In this document: positions 45,564 through 54,708 of the stretch, one piece after another | Layout: each line of letters begins with the position of its first letter | Position numbering within the stretch: position 1 is the first letter of the stretch | Source: an uncultured Pseudomonadota bacterium | GTDB taxonomy: Bacteria; Pseudomonadota; Alphaproteobacteria; JACZXZ01 | Direction of reading: 5' to 3' | DNA length: 64,000 bases | NCBI GenBank assembly: GCA_963749075.1 | Contig: CAVVLJ010000004.1 | Span: 416,001 to 480,000 of the forward strand | Notes under the pieces: generated by a model | The model's database searches: none | What the model saw: only the letters and a program-made list of their open reading frames with translations | What the model was told of the DNA's origin: nothing | Translations under genes and position numbers: made by a program

Positions 45564-46661
45564 TTGGCAATCGAACGCCGTAGCCGTCAAAACCCAGCCA
45601 TTCGTGAGTTCATTCTAAGGAATGTCGCGGGCTATCCAGGCAGCATAGTGGCTAGGACCGCCAAGGAATTTTCTATATCTCGAACGGCAGTCAATAATTA
45701 CATGCGAAATTTTATAAATAACGGATTGATAACGGCACAAGGAAAGACACTTGCGCGACGGTATAGACTTAAGTCGCTTGTCGACATTACTGACATAGTT
45801 AAAATAACACCAGGTATCTTCGAGAACGATGTTTGGAGAGAAAAAATATTACCTCACATTAAGGGAGTTAATTCTAGCATAGTAGATATATGTCAATATG
45901 GCTTTACAGAAATGTTCAATAACGTCATTGACCACTCTCAAAGCCCCGACGCAATGATTACCTATACGCAGACGTATGCCGATATACGCATATTTGTAGT
46001 GGATAACGGGGTCGGAATTTTTGAAAAAATACAGAAATACTTTAATCTCACCGATCCCCGTAGCGCACTTCTTGAATTGGCCAAGGGAAAACTCACTTCG
46101 GATAAGGCTAGGCATACCGGGGAGGGTATATTCTTTACGTCTAGAATGTTTGACATGTTTATAATTGACTCTGGACACTTATCTTATCAAAGAACGCGTC
46201 GTGATGACGATGACTGGCTTATAGAGACGCACGATATAATAAAATATGTCAAAGGAACTGTAGTAAGCATGACGATTTCAACAAATGCGTCTTGGACGGC
46301 AAAAAATGTGTTCGATAAATATTCTGATTTTATTGAGGACGATGGGGTGTCTGCGTTTACCAAGACGCACGTGCCAATCCTGCTCGGCAGATATCCTGGC
46401 GAACAGCTCGTGTCTCGTTCACAGGCAAAAAGAATCTTGTCTAGGTTTGATCGATTTTCGGAGGTGATGCTTGATTTCAGAGGGGTGCAACAAATCGGCC
46501 AGCCATTTGCTGACGAAATTTTTAGGGTCTTTGCGAATGAGCACCCACAGGTCAAGGTCGTCGCGATAAATACGAGTTCAGACGTTCAGCGGATGATTGA
46601 ATATGCGCGAGCGAACAACAGGCCGGCTAATACCGCTGGAATCTCTGATAGCCGCGATTAG
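45564..46661 (+). CDS. HTH + histidine-kinase-like ATPase + DUF4325 (STAS-like) passenger protein
   Basis: FTEMFNNVIDHS (N-box), VDNGVGIF (G1), HTGEGIFFTSR (G2), SRSQAKR...LDFRGVQQIGQPFADEIFRVF; visibly AT-rich. Confidence 0.85.
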   Translation: MAIERRSRQNPAIREFILRNVAGYPGSIVARTAKEFSISRTAVNNYMRNFINNGLITAQGKTLARRYRLKSLVDITDIVKITPGIFENDVWREKILPHIKGVNSSIVDICQYGFTEMFNNVIDHSQSPDAMITYTQTYADIRIFVVDNGVGIFEKIQKYFNLTDPRSALLELAKGKLTSDKARHTGEGIFFTSRMFDMFIIDSGHLSYQRTRRDDDDWLIETHDIIKYVKGTVVSMTISTNASWTAKNVFDKYSDFIEDDGVSAFTKTHVPILLGRYPGEQLVSRSQAKRILSRFDRFSEVMLDFRGVQQIGQPFADEIFRVFANEHPQVKVVAINTSSDVQRMIEYARANNRPANTAGISDSRD

Positions 46662-46831
46662 GTGTCTCGGCGATGAAGTGCCTTTCGGTGCTTGGTCGCG
46701 CCTGCGGATCGGCGTGAAAGTTCGTCCCTTTTCTCGTCTCTCTTATCCTCCACTTGCCCAGTTGCGATATCGACAATCAGCTTGCCGAGCTGTAGAGGGT
46801 CGCGGGGACGCGGGAGTCGCTTGGTGACCAT
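46658..46831 (-). CDS. 57-aa IS-associated small basic protein (PRDPxQL family), absent from the ORF track
   Basis: MVTKRLPRPRDPLQLGKLIVDIATGQVEDK...; stop overlaps the passenger gene's stop. Confidence 0.7.
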   Translation of the reverse strand: MVTKRLPRPRDPLQLGKLIVDIATGQVEDKRDEKRDELSRRSAGATKHRKALHRRDT

Positions 46832-46895
46832 GCTCGAAGTATGGCATGGCTGAGGTCGCTAGGCGATAGGGTCCAAAACTCAAACTGACCCACTA

Positions 46896-48801
46896 GTGCG
46901 CCAGGAAGCTGGCGTGATCCAGCCGGTGAAAGTCCGGCCCAGGTAAGGGGTAGCGCCCGCCTGGTAGCGAGTGTTGCGCTGTGGAAGGCAACGACCACGG
47001 CGAAGCGTACACAGCGATTGTGCGGGGTGGGCTATTGAGCCGCGTAAGCAGTAATGTCGGAGGGGCCGAGGCTTTTAGTGTAGCCGAAGGCAACATGTGC
47101 GGCGCCGCTATGCGAGGCGCCGTCGCCCTACCGAGGTCGAAGACCCCATCACGCACAAAGGGAGCCCGCCGGAACCTGGGAGATCCCACGTCCGGCCAGC
47201 GGCGACAAGCCGCCCTGGTCCGCATCGGGAAGGCGAGGAGCCGTAGCCGATGACGCACGGGCGCGGGAAGTCAGACTCCGCCATAGTAGCTGGGAAGCCG
47301 ACGAACAAGGCCGGGCAATCGGTTGCGGAGCCGGTGGAGCGAAGGGCGGAGGCCAAGGGGAATGCGGGCCAGCACAGCACGCGCCGGGCACAGGACCGGG
47401 AAAGCGTGTCCCATGCGCTGGATCGCATACGACAAGCGGCAAGGCAAAGGAAGAAGGAACGGTTCACCTCGCTCTTCCACCATATCACCATCAGCCTGCT
47501 CCGGCTGGCGTTCTTCGCGCTCAAGCGAGACGCCATGCCCGGCGTAGACGGGTTGACATGGCAGGACTACGAGGCAGACCTCGAGTGCAAGCTCGAGGAC
47601 CTGCACGCACGGGTCCGCCGGGGAGCGTATCGGGCACTGCCGTCCCGGCGACGGTACATACCGAAACCGGACGGCCGGCAGCGCCCGCTCGCCGTTGCCG
47701 CCCTCGAGGACAAGATCGTCCAACGGGCGACCATCGCGGTGCTGAACGCGATCTACGAGGAGGACTTCCTCGGGTTCTCGTATGGCTTCCGGCCACGGCG
47801 CGGCCAGCACGATGCGCTGGACGCACTGGCGGTCGGGCTCACCAGCAAGAAGGTGAACTACGTTCTCGATGCGGACATCCGGTCCTTTTTCGACGCGGTC
47901 GATCAAACATGGCTCGTCCGCTTCTTGGAGAACCGGATCAGTGACCCGCGTATCATCCGCCTGATCCAGAAATGGCTCAAGGCGGGCATCCTGGAAGACG
48001 GGGTCGTGACGGTGAGTGAGAGGGGGACGGGACAGGGCTCGGTGGCATCACCGCTCCTTGCCAACGTCTACCTGCACTACGTCTTCGACCTCTGGGCCGA
48101 GCGCTGGCGACGGCGCGAGGCACAGGGCGATATGATCATCGTGCGCTATGCGGACGACATCGTTGTCGGCTTCGAGCGTGAGGCCGACGCCCGACGCTTC
48201 TGGGAGGCGATGCGGGAGCGGTTGCAGGAGTTCTCGCTGACGCTGCATCCGGAAAAGACCCGCCTGATCGAGTTTGGCCGCCATGCCGCGGCCGAGCGCA
48301 AGCAGCGCGGGCTCGGTAAACCGGAAACCTTCAACTTCCTAGGCTTCACCTTCCTCTGCGGTAAATCGCGCCGCGGGAACTTCCTCCTCAAGCGGAAGAC
48401 CCGGCGTGACCGCATGGTGGCCAAGCTCAAGGAGGTAAAGGGCGAACTGCGGCGGCGGATGCATCAGCCCATCCCGGTGCAAGGGACGTGGCTGCGGCAG
48501 GTCGTCACCGGCTTCTTTGGCTATCACGCAGTGCCGACAAACTTCCCGGCACTTGCGGCCTTCCGGCGCCATGTCACCGGCCTCTGGCGGCGCACGCTCC
48601 GGCGGCGCAGCCAGAAGGACGGCTCGACCTGGGGACGGATCGAGAAGCTGGCCAACGACTTTCTCCCAAAACCCCGCATCCTTCACCCCTGGCCGAGCAA
48701 GCGCTTCGCCGTCAAACACCCGAGGTGGGAGCCGTATGCGGGAAATCCGCCCGTACGGATCTGTGCGGGGGGCGCCCAGTAATGGGCGTCCCTACCGCGA
48801 T
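46896..48801 (+). mobile_element. Group II intron (complete)
   Basis: 5' GTGCG; domain V GAGCCGTATGCGGGAAATCCGCCCGTACGGATC (48729-48761); domain VI hairpin with bulged A; 3' end AT. Confidence 0.93.
47250..48782 (+). CDS. ltrA: Group II intron reverse transcriptase/maturase (no endonuclease domain apparent)
   Basis: PGVDG, YIPKPDGRQRPL, SYGFRP, DADIRSFFD, GTGQGSVASPLLANVYL, RYADD, FNFLGF. Confidence 0.96.
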   Translation: MTHGRGKSDSAIVAGKPTNKAGQSVAEPVERRAEAKGNAGQHSTRRAQDRESVSHALDRIRQAARQRKKERFTSLFHHITISLLRLAFFALKRDAMPGVDGLTWQDYEADLECKLEDLHARVRRGAYRALPSRRRYIPKPDGRQRPLAVAALEDKIVQRATIAVLNAIYEEDFLGFSYGFRPRRGQHDALDALAVGLTSKKVNYVLDADIRSFFDAVDQTWLVRFLENRISDPRIIRLIQKWLKAGILEDGVVTVSERGTGQGSVASPLLANVYLHYVFDLWAERWRRREAQGDMIIVRYADDIVVGFEREADARRFWEAMRERLQEFSLTLHPEKTRLIEFGRHAAAERKQRGLGKPETFNFLGFTFLCGKSRRGNFLLKRKTRRDRMVAKLKEVKGELRRRMHQPIPVQGTWLRQVVTGFFGYHAVPTNFPALAAFRRHVTGLWRRTLRRRSQKDGSTWGRIEKLANDFLPKPRILHPWPSKRFAVKHPRWEPYAGNPPVRICAGGAQ

Positions 48802-48893
48802 CCGTCCCTCCCTGCCGCTTGAACTGGCGGGCACTCCGGGCGCACACTATTTGATCGTAGCGAGCCTCGGTCTCGTTCGTGCGCGGGTCAGCG

Positions 48894-49604
48894 ATGGGCA
48901 AGGACGGCGGCAAGCTTCCTGGCGAGGCGGTGGGACCGGCGGCGGTGGCCGAGTTCCTCGCAAGGGTGGCGCGCGCGCCGGCGCCGCAGCCCGCCGGCGG
49001 GCGCGGCCGGCTCATCTTCGCCATGGACGCGACCGCCAGCCGCGAGCCCACCTGGGACCGCGCCGCGCGCATCCAGGGCGACATGTTCAAGGCGACCGAG
49101 GGCCTGGGCGGGCTCGACGTGCAGCTCGTCTTCTACCGCGGCTTCGGCGAGTGCAAGACGAGCCCCTGGGTCTCCAACACGGACGACCTGGTGCGCCGCA
49201 TGACCGCCGTCTTCTGCCTCGCCGGCCAGACCCAGATCGCCAAGGTGCTGCGTCACGCCCTCGCCGAGACCAAGCGGCAAAAGGTGAATGCGCTGGTCTT
49301 CGTGGGCGACTGCATGGAGGAGAGCATCGACGGCCTCGCCCAACTCGCGGGCGAGCTCGGGCTTTTGGGCGTCCCCTGCTTCATGTTCCACGAGGGCGGC
49401 GATCCGATCGCCGCGCGCGCCTTCAAGGAAATCGCGCGGCTCTCCCACGGCGCCTACTGTGCCTTCGACGCGGCGAGCGCCCAGCAGTTGCGCGAGCTCC
49501 TGAGCGCCGTCGCCGTCTATGCCGCGGGCGGCCACAAGGCGCTCGCCCATTACGGCAAGGCCACGGGCGGGCTGGCGCTCCAGCTCACCCACCAGGTGCG
49601 CTAG
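48894..49604 (+). CDS. VWA domain protein
   Basis: IFAMDATASR MIDAS-like motif, VFVGDCMEE. Confidence 0.85.
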   Translation: MGKDGGKLPGEAVGPAAVAEFLARVARAPAPQPAGGRGRLIFAMDATASREPTWDRAARIQGDMFKATEGLGGLDVQLVFYRGFGECKTSPWVSNTDDLVRRMTAVFCLAGQTQIAKVLRHALAETKRQKVNALVFVGDCMEESIDGLAQLAGELGLLGVPCFMFHEGGDPIAARAFKEIARLSHGAYCAFDAASAQQLRELLSAVAVYAAGGHKALAHYGKATGGLALQLTHQVR

Positions 49605-49608
49605 CGCC

Positions 49609-50346
49609 GTGGTCGCCTATTTTCTCCTCGGCACGGCGCTCCTCCTGAGCCTCCTCCTCCTCGCGCGCTGGCTCGCCGCGGCGGATACCGGCTCGCTCGT
49701 CAAGGGCATGCGCTACGGCGGCGGTGCTGCCGCTGCAGGCCTGGCGCTCTACCTCGTCGTCTCCGGACGCTGGCCCATGGCGATCGCCGCCCTCAGCACG
49801 GTGCTGCCGCTCGTCATGCGCTGGCGCTTCGCCTCGGACCGCATCAAGGCGGCACGGGGGCCGCGCCCCGGGCAGCGCTCCGAGGTCGAGACGGCGTTCC
49901 TCAGCATGACCCTCGATCACGATACCGGCGAGATGTCGGGCGCCGTTCTCGCAGGATCCCAGGCCGGCCGCCCCCTCGCGGACATGAGCCTGGCCGAGCT
50001 CGCGAGCCTGCTCGAGGAATGCGCCGCCCACGACGGCCAATCTGTCTCGCTCCTCGAGAGCTATCTCGTGCGCCGCTTCGGCGCCGATTGGCGCGACGCG
50101 GCCGGCGGCGGCGGCGCCAAGGCCGCTCCGGGCGGCGCTGCCGGCGGGGAGGGCCGGCGCCGCTCCTCCAACGAGATGACGCGCGGCGAGGCGCTCGAGA
50201 TCCTCGGCCTCAAGGAGGGGGCGGCGCCCGAGGACATCAAGGACGCCTATCGCCGCCTCATGCTCAAGCTGCACCCCGACGCCGGCGGCTCGGGCTACTT
50301 GGCTGCCAAGCTCAACCAGGCCAAGGACGTGCTCCTCGGGGGCTGA
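49609..50346 (+). CDS. Membrane-anchored DnaJ-domain protein
   Basis: N-terminal TM helices; C-terminal J domain LHPDAGGS. Confidence 0.88.
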   Translation: MVAYFLLGTALLLSLLLLARWLAAADTGSLVKGMRYGGGAAAAGLALYLVVSGRWPMAIAALSTVLPLVMRWRFASDRIKAARGPRPGQRSEVETAFLSMTLDHDTGEMSGAVLAGSQAGRPLADMSLAELASLLEECAAHDGQSVSLLESYLVRRFGADWRDAAGGGGAKAAPGGAAGGEGRRRSSNEMTRGEALEILGLKEGAAPEDIKDAYRRLMLKLHPDAGGSGYLAAKLNQAKDVLLGG

Positions 50347-50475
50347 GGTCCCTTGCGCCTGGAGGCGGCGGCGTGCCGGTTGCTATCCCGTCCTCCCTAT
50401 GGCACAAAGCAGCGCGCCCGCGCCCGCTGCCACGCGAAGAAGGAGAGAGGAGCGCCTCTCAGCCGAGCCGAGCCC

Positions 50476-51378
50476 ATGAGCCAGCGCATACGCAAAGCCA
50501 TCTTCCCCGTCGGCGGCCTCGGCACGCGCTTCCTGCCCGCGACCAAGGCGATGCCCAAGGAGATGCTGCCGGTCGTCGACAAACCCTTGATCCAATATGC
50601 GGTCGAGGAGGCGCAGGCGGCCGGCATCGAGGACTTCATCTTCGTGACCGGTCGCGGCAAGACGGCGATCGAGGACCATTTCGACCATTCCTACGAGCTG
50701 CAGAGCGTGCTCGCCGAGCGCGGCAAGCTGGCCGAGATCGAGGCGCTGCGCCGCTGGCTGCCGCGGCCGGGCCGCGTCGCCTATACGCGCCAGCAGGAAC
50801 CGCTCGGCCTCGGCCACGCGGTGTGGTGCGCGCGCAGCCTCGTCGGCGACGAGCCCTTCGCCGTGCTGCTCGCCGACGACCTGGTGCTGGCCGAGGTCCC
50901 CTGCCTCAAGCAGATGATCGACGCCCACGCCGAGGTCGGCGGCAATATGGTGGCCGTCATGGAGGTGCCGCGCGCGCACACCAACCGCTACGGCGTGCTC
51001 GATATCGCGGCCGACCACGGCCGTCTCGTCGAGGCAAAGGGCCTCGTCGAGAAGCCGTCCCCCGAGCGCGCCCCCTCCACCCTCTCGATCATCGGGCGCT
51101 ATATCCTGGGACCCGAGGTGATGGAGCAGCTCGAGCGCGGGGAGCACGGCGCCGGCGGCGAGATCCAGCTCACCGACGCGCTCGCCCGCACGATCGGCGA
51201 GCATCCCTTCCACGGCCTGCGCTTCGAGGGCACGCGCTTCGACTGCGGCGACAAGATCGGCTTCTTCGAGGCCAACATCGCCTTCGCCATCCAGCGCGAG
51301 GATCTCGGGCCCGCCGTGCGCGAGGTGCTCCAGCGCTACGCGGCGCCCGCGAGCCCGCGGGTCAAGGCCGCGCTCTGA
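50476..51378 (+). CDS. galU: UTP-glucose-1-phosphate uridylyltransferase
   Basis: PVGGLGTRFLPATKAMPKEMLP, QQEPLGLGHAV, VEKP. Confidence 0.96.
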   Translation: MSQRIRKAIFPVGGLGTRFLPATKAMPKEMLPVVDKPLIQYAVEEAQAAGIEDFIFVTGRGKTAIEDHFDHSYELQSVLAERGKLAEIEALRRWLPRPGRVAYTRQQEPLGLGHAVWCARSLVGDEPFAVLLADDLVLAEVPCLKQMIDAHAEVGGNMVAVMEVPRAHTNRYGVLDIAADHGRLVEAKGLVEKPSPERAPSTLSIIGRYILGPEVMEQLERGEHGAGGEIQLTDALARTIGEHPFHGLRFEGTRFDCGDKIGFFEANIAFAIQREDLGPAVREVLQRYAAPASPRVKAAL

Positions 51379-51416
51379 GCGGGACGAACTAGCCGCAACC
51401 GGGAGAGGGCATCCTC

Positions 51417-52790
51417 ATGCGCATCGCCATGGTCGGCACCGGCTATGTCGGGCTGGTCTCCGGCGCCTGCTTCTCCGAGTTCGGCGTGGAGACGGTGTGC
51501 GTCGACAAGGATGCGGACAAGATCGCGCGGCTTAAGCGCGGCGAGATGCCGATCTACGAGCCCGGGCTCGCGGCGCTCGTCGAGAGCAACGCCAAGACGG
51601 GCCGTCTCGCCTTCACGAGCGATCTCGCCGCCGCGGTCGGCGAGGCCGACGCCGTCTTCATCGCGGTCGGCACGCCGAGCCGGCGCGGCGACGGCCATGC
51701 CGACCTGAGCTTCGTCTACGAGGCCGCGCGCGAGATTGCAGCGGCACTCCGCGGCTACACGGCGGTGATCACCAAGTCGACGGTGCCCGTCGGCACGGGC
51801 CGCGCGGTCGAGCGCATCATCCGCGAGCTCAGGCCGTCCGCCGACTTCGACATGGTGTCGAACCCGGAGTTCCTGCGCGAGGGCTCGGCGATCAACGATT
51901 TCATGCGGCCGGACCGCGTCGTGATCGGCGCCGAGAGCGAGCGGGCGCGCGAGCTCGTGCGGCGGCTCTACCGCCCGCTCTACCTCATCGAGACGCCGAT
52001 CCTCTTCACCGGGCTCGAGACCGCGGAGCTCATCAAGTACGCGGCGAACAGCTTCCTCGCGATGAAGGTCAGCTTCATCAACGAGATCGCCGACCTCTGC
52101 GAGCGCCTGGGCACGGACGTACAGGACGTGGCGCGCGGCATCGGGCTCGACGGCCGCATCGGGCGCAAGTTCCTCCACGCCGGCCCGGGCTACGGCGGCT
52201 CCTGCTTCCCCAAGGACACGGAGGCGCTCGCGCGCATCGCCGAGGAGGCAGGTGCTCCGGTCCGCCTCGTCGAGACGGTCGCCCGCGTCAATGCCGCGCG
52301 CAAGGCGCGCATGGCGGAGAAGGTCATCGCGGCGGTGGGCGGCTCGCTCGCGGGCAAGGTGGTCGCCGTGCTCGGCCTCACCTTCAAGCCCAACACGGAC
52401 GACATGCGCGAATCGCCGAGCCTCGAGATCGTGCCGGCGCTCTTGCGCGCGGGTGCCGCGGTGCGCGCCTTCGATCCCGAGGGCATGGCGGAGGCGAGGA
52501 AGCTCCTCGACGGCGTCGTCTGGTGCGAGAGCGCCTATCAGGCCATGGAAGGTGCCGATGCGCTCGCCATCCTGACCGAGTGGAACGAGTTCCGCGCCCT
52601 CGACCTGCAGCGTGCCAAGTCGCTGCTCAAGGCACCGGTCGTCATCGATTACCGCAACATCTACCGCCCCGAGGAGATGGCGGCGGCCGGTTTCCGCTAC
52701 GTCTCCGTGGGCCGGCCCGCGGCTGACGGCAGTGCCGCGCGCGCGGCTTCCGCCCGGCTCAAGGCCGCGGCGCAGGGCTCCAAGGCATGA
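51417..52790 (+). CDS. ugd: UDP-glucose 6-dehydrogenase
   Basis: [24 protein letters not shown]. Confidence 0.96.
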   Translation: MRIAMVGTGYVGLVSGACFSEFGVETVCVDKDADKIARLKRGEMPIYEPGLAALVESNAKTGRLAFTSDLAAAVGEADAVFIAVGTPSRRGDGHADLSFVYEAAREIAAALRGYTAVITKSTVPVGTGRAVERIIRELRPSADFDMVSNPEFLREGSAINDFMRPDRVVIGAESERARELVRRLYRPLYLIETPILFTGLETAELIKYAANSFLAMKVSFINEIADLCERLGTDVQDVARGIGLDGRIGRKFLHAGPGYGGSCFPKDTEALARIAEEAGAPVRLVETVARVNAARKARMAEKVIAAVGGSLAGKVVAVLGLTFKPNTDDMRESPSLEIVPALLRAGAAVRAFDPEGMAEARKLLDGVVWCESAYQAMEGADALAILTEWNEFRALDLQRAKSLLKAPVVIDYRNIYRPEEMAAAGFRYVSVGRPAADGSAARAASARLKAAAQGSKA

Positions 52791-54166
52791 CGGGTCACGT
52801 CTTCGACCCCAGCATCCTGCGCGAGTACGACATCCGCGGCATCGTTGGCCAGTCGCTCGCCGCCGCGGATGCCGAGGCGCTCGGCCGCGCCTTCGGCACG
52901 CTCCTCGTGCGCGAGGGCGGCGCCAAGGCGGCGCTCGGCTACGACGGCAGGCTGAGCTCGCCCGCGCTCGCCGCAGCGCTCGGCGCCGGACTCGCGGCGA
53001 GCGGCCTCGAGGTCGTGCGCGTGGGTCTGGGGCCGACGCCGATGCTCTATTTCGCCAACCGGCATCTTGCCTGCGACGGCGCCGTGATGGTGACGGGCTC
53101 CCACAATCCGCCCGACTACAACGGCTTCAAGATGGTGCTCAAGGGGCGCGCGATCTACGGCCAAGACATCCGCCGCTTGGGCGAGATCGCCGCGGCGGGG
53201 GATTTCGTCGACGGCCGCGGCCGCATGACGGACGCGGCGGTGCTCGAGGACTATGTGGCGCGGCTTCTGGCGGACGCGGCGCTTGCCCGCCCGCTCAAGG
53301 TCGCCTGGGACGCGGGCAATGGTGCCGCGGGCGAGGCGATGGCGCTCCTGACCAGGCGCCTGCCGGGCCAGCACATCCTCCTCAACGAGAGGATCGACGG
53401 CCGCTTCCCGGCGCACCATCCGGACCCCACCGTCGAGGCCAATCTCGAGGAGCTGCGCTCAGCCGTCCTCGACCACGGCTGCGACGTGGGCATCGCCTTC
53501 GACGGCGACGGCGACCGCATCGGCGTGCTCGACGGCAAGGGCCGCATCCTCTGGGGCGACCAGTTCCTCGTCTTCCTCGCCAAGGAGGTGCTGGCGGCGC
53601 ATCCGGGTGCCACTATCATCGCCGACGTGAAGGCCAGCCAGGTGCTGTTCGACGAGATCGCGCGCATGGGAGGCAAGCCGCTCATGTATCGCACCGGCCA
53701 TTCGCTCATCAAGGCGAAGATGGCCGAGACGGGAGCGCCCCTCGCCGGCGAGATGAGCGGCCACATCTTCTTCGCCGACCGCTACTACGGCTACGACGAC
53801 GCGCTCTATGCCGCGGTGCGCCTGCTCTCGGTGGTATCCCGCGAGAGCGCCAGCCTGGCCGAGCTGCGCGACCGCCTGCCGCGCGTCGTCAATACGCCCG
53901 AGCTGCGCATCCCCTCGAGCGAGGCGCGCAAGTTCAGGGTGATCGAGGAGGTGAAGGGCCGCCTCGAGGCAGCAGGGGCGGACGTGATCGGGATCGACGG
54001 CGTGCGCGTGAGGAACGGCGACGGCTGGTGGCTGCTGCGCGCCTCCAATACCCAGGACGTGCTCGTCGCCCGCTGCGAATCGGCGAGCGAGGCGGGCTTG
54101 GCCAGGCTCAAGTCGGCGTTGCGCCGAGAGCTCGCGGCGAGCCGGGTCGCGGTGCCCGAGCTCTGA
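52787..54166 (+). CDS. algC: Phosphomannomutase/phosphoglucomutase
   Basis: TGSHNP, FDGDGDR, GEMSGH. Confidence 0.93.
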   Translation: MTGHVFDPSILREYDIRGIVGQSLAAADAEALGRAFGTLLVREGGAKAALGYDGRLSSPALAAALGAGLAASGLEVVRVGLGPTPMLYFANRHLACDGAVMVTGSHNPPDYNGFKMVLKGRAIYGQDIRRLGEIAAAGDFVDGRGRMTDAAVLEDYVARLLADAALARPLKVAWDAGNGAAGEAMALLTRRLPGQHILLNERIDGRFPAHHPDPTVEANLEELRSAVLDHGCDVGIAFDGDGDRIGVLDGKGRILWGDQFLVFLAKEVLAAHPGATIIADVKASQVLFDEIARMGGKPLMYRTGHSLIKAKMAETGAPLAGEMSGHIFFADRYYGYDDALYAAVRLLSVVSRESASLAELRDRLPRVVNTPELRIPSSEARKFRVIEEVKGRLEAAGADVIGIDGVRVRNGDGWWLLRASNTQDVLVARCESASEAGLARLKSALRRELAASRVAVPEL

Positions 54167-54224
54167 GCGGCGCCGGGAAGCCATGCGCGCCCATATCGAG
54201 CGGCCTCTTCCCGCGCGCCGCGCC

Positions 54225-54695
54225 ATGGCTTTCTTCTTCTACGGCACCCTCATGGACGCGGAGATGCGCCGTCTCGTGCTGGGGAGTGCTGCGGCGGCGC
54301 TGCCCGCGCGGCTCATGGGATATCGCCGCATGGCCGAGCTGCGCTCGCCGGTGCCGGTGCTGGCGCGCCGGCCGGGTGCTGCCGCCGACGGCGTCCTCGT
54401 GCGCGGCATCGACCGGCGTCGGGCCGCCCGGCTCCGCCACTACGAGGGGTGCCAATACCGCCTCGCCTGCTGCATGGTGGAGCTCTCCGGCGGCGAGCGC
54501 TGCCGCGCGTTCGTCTTTCTCGCCCGCGCGCCTGCGGCGTTCCGCCACATGCCCTGGCGGCTCGACGCCTGGCAGCGGCGCTGGCGGCACCGCGCTCTCA
54601 AGCTCGCGGCCCTCTGGCTCGCGTCCTACCGTGCGGCTGGCTACGAGACGCGCGGACGGCTGCGCTGGGTCAAGCGCTGGGCCGCGCGGGATTAG
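54225..54695 (+). CDS. Gamma-glutamylcyclotransferase (AIG2-like)
   Basis: FFFYGTLMD, LRHYEG. Confidence 0.75.
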   Translation: MAFFFYGTLMDAEMRRLVLGSAAAALPARLMGYRRMAELRSPVPVLARRPGAAADGVLVRGIDRRRAARLRHYEGCQYRLACCMVELSGGERCRAFVFLARAPAAFRHMPWRLDAWQRRWRHRALKLAALWLASYRAAGYETRGRLRWVKRWAARD

Positions 54696-54708
54696 CGCCG
54701 CGGCTCCG

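Larger units (their letters stand above)
44915..48803. mobile_element. IS1-family cargo-carrying transposon (defective), right IR split by a group II intron
   Basis: Left IR GGTAGTGGGTCATTTTGA (44915-44932); right IR TCAAACTGACCCACTA|CC (46880-46895 plus 48802-48803), 17/18 match; flanks GTCCCTCG (44907-44914) and GTCCCTCC (48804-48811). Confidence 0.85.

Noticed and set aside
47250-48782. RT as a retron, DGR or defence-associated RT
   Set aside because: GTGCG start, domains V/VI, AT end and maturase region identify a canonical group II intron.
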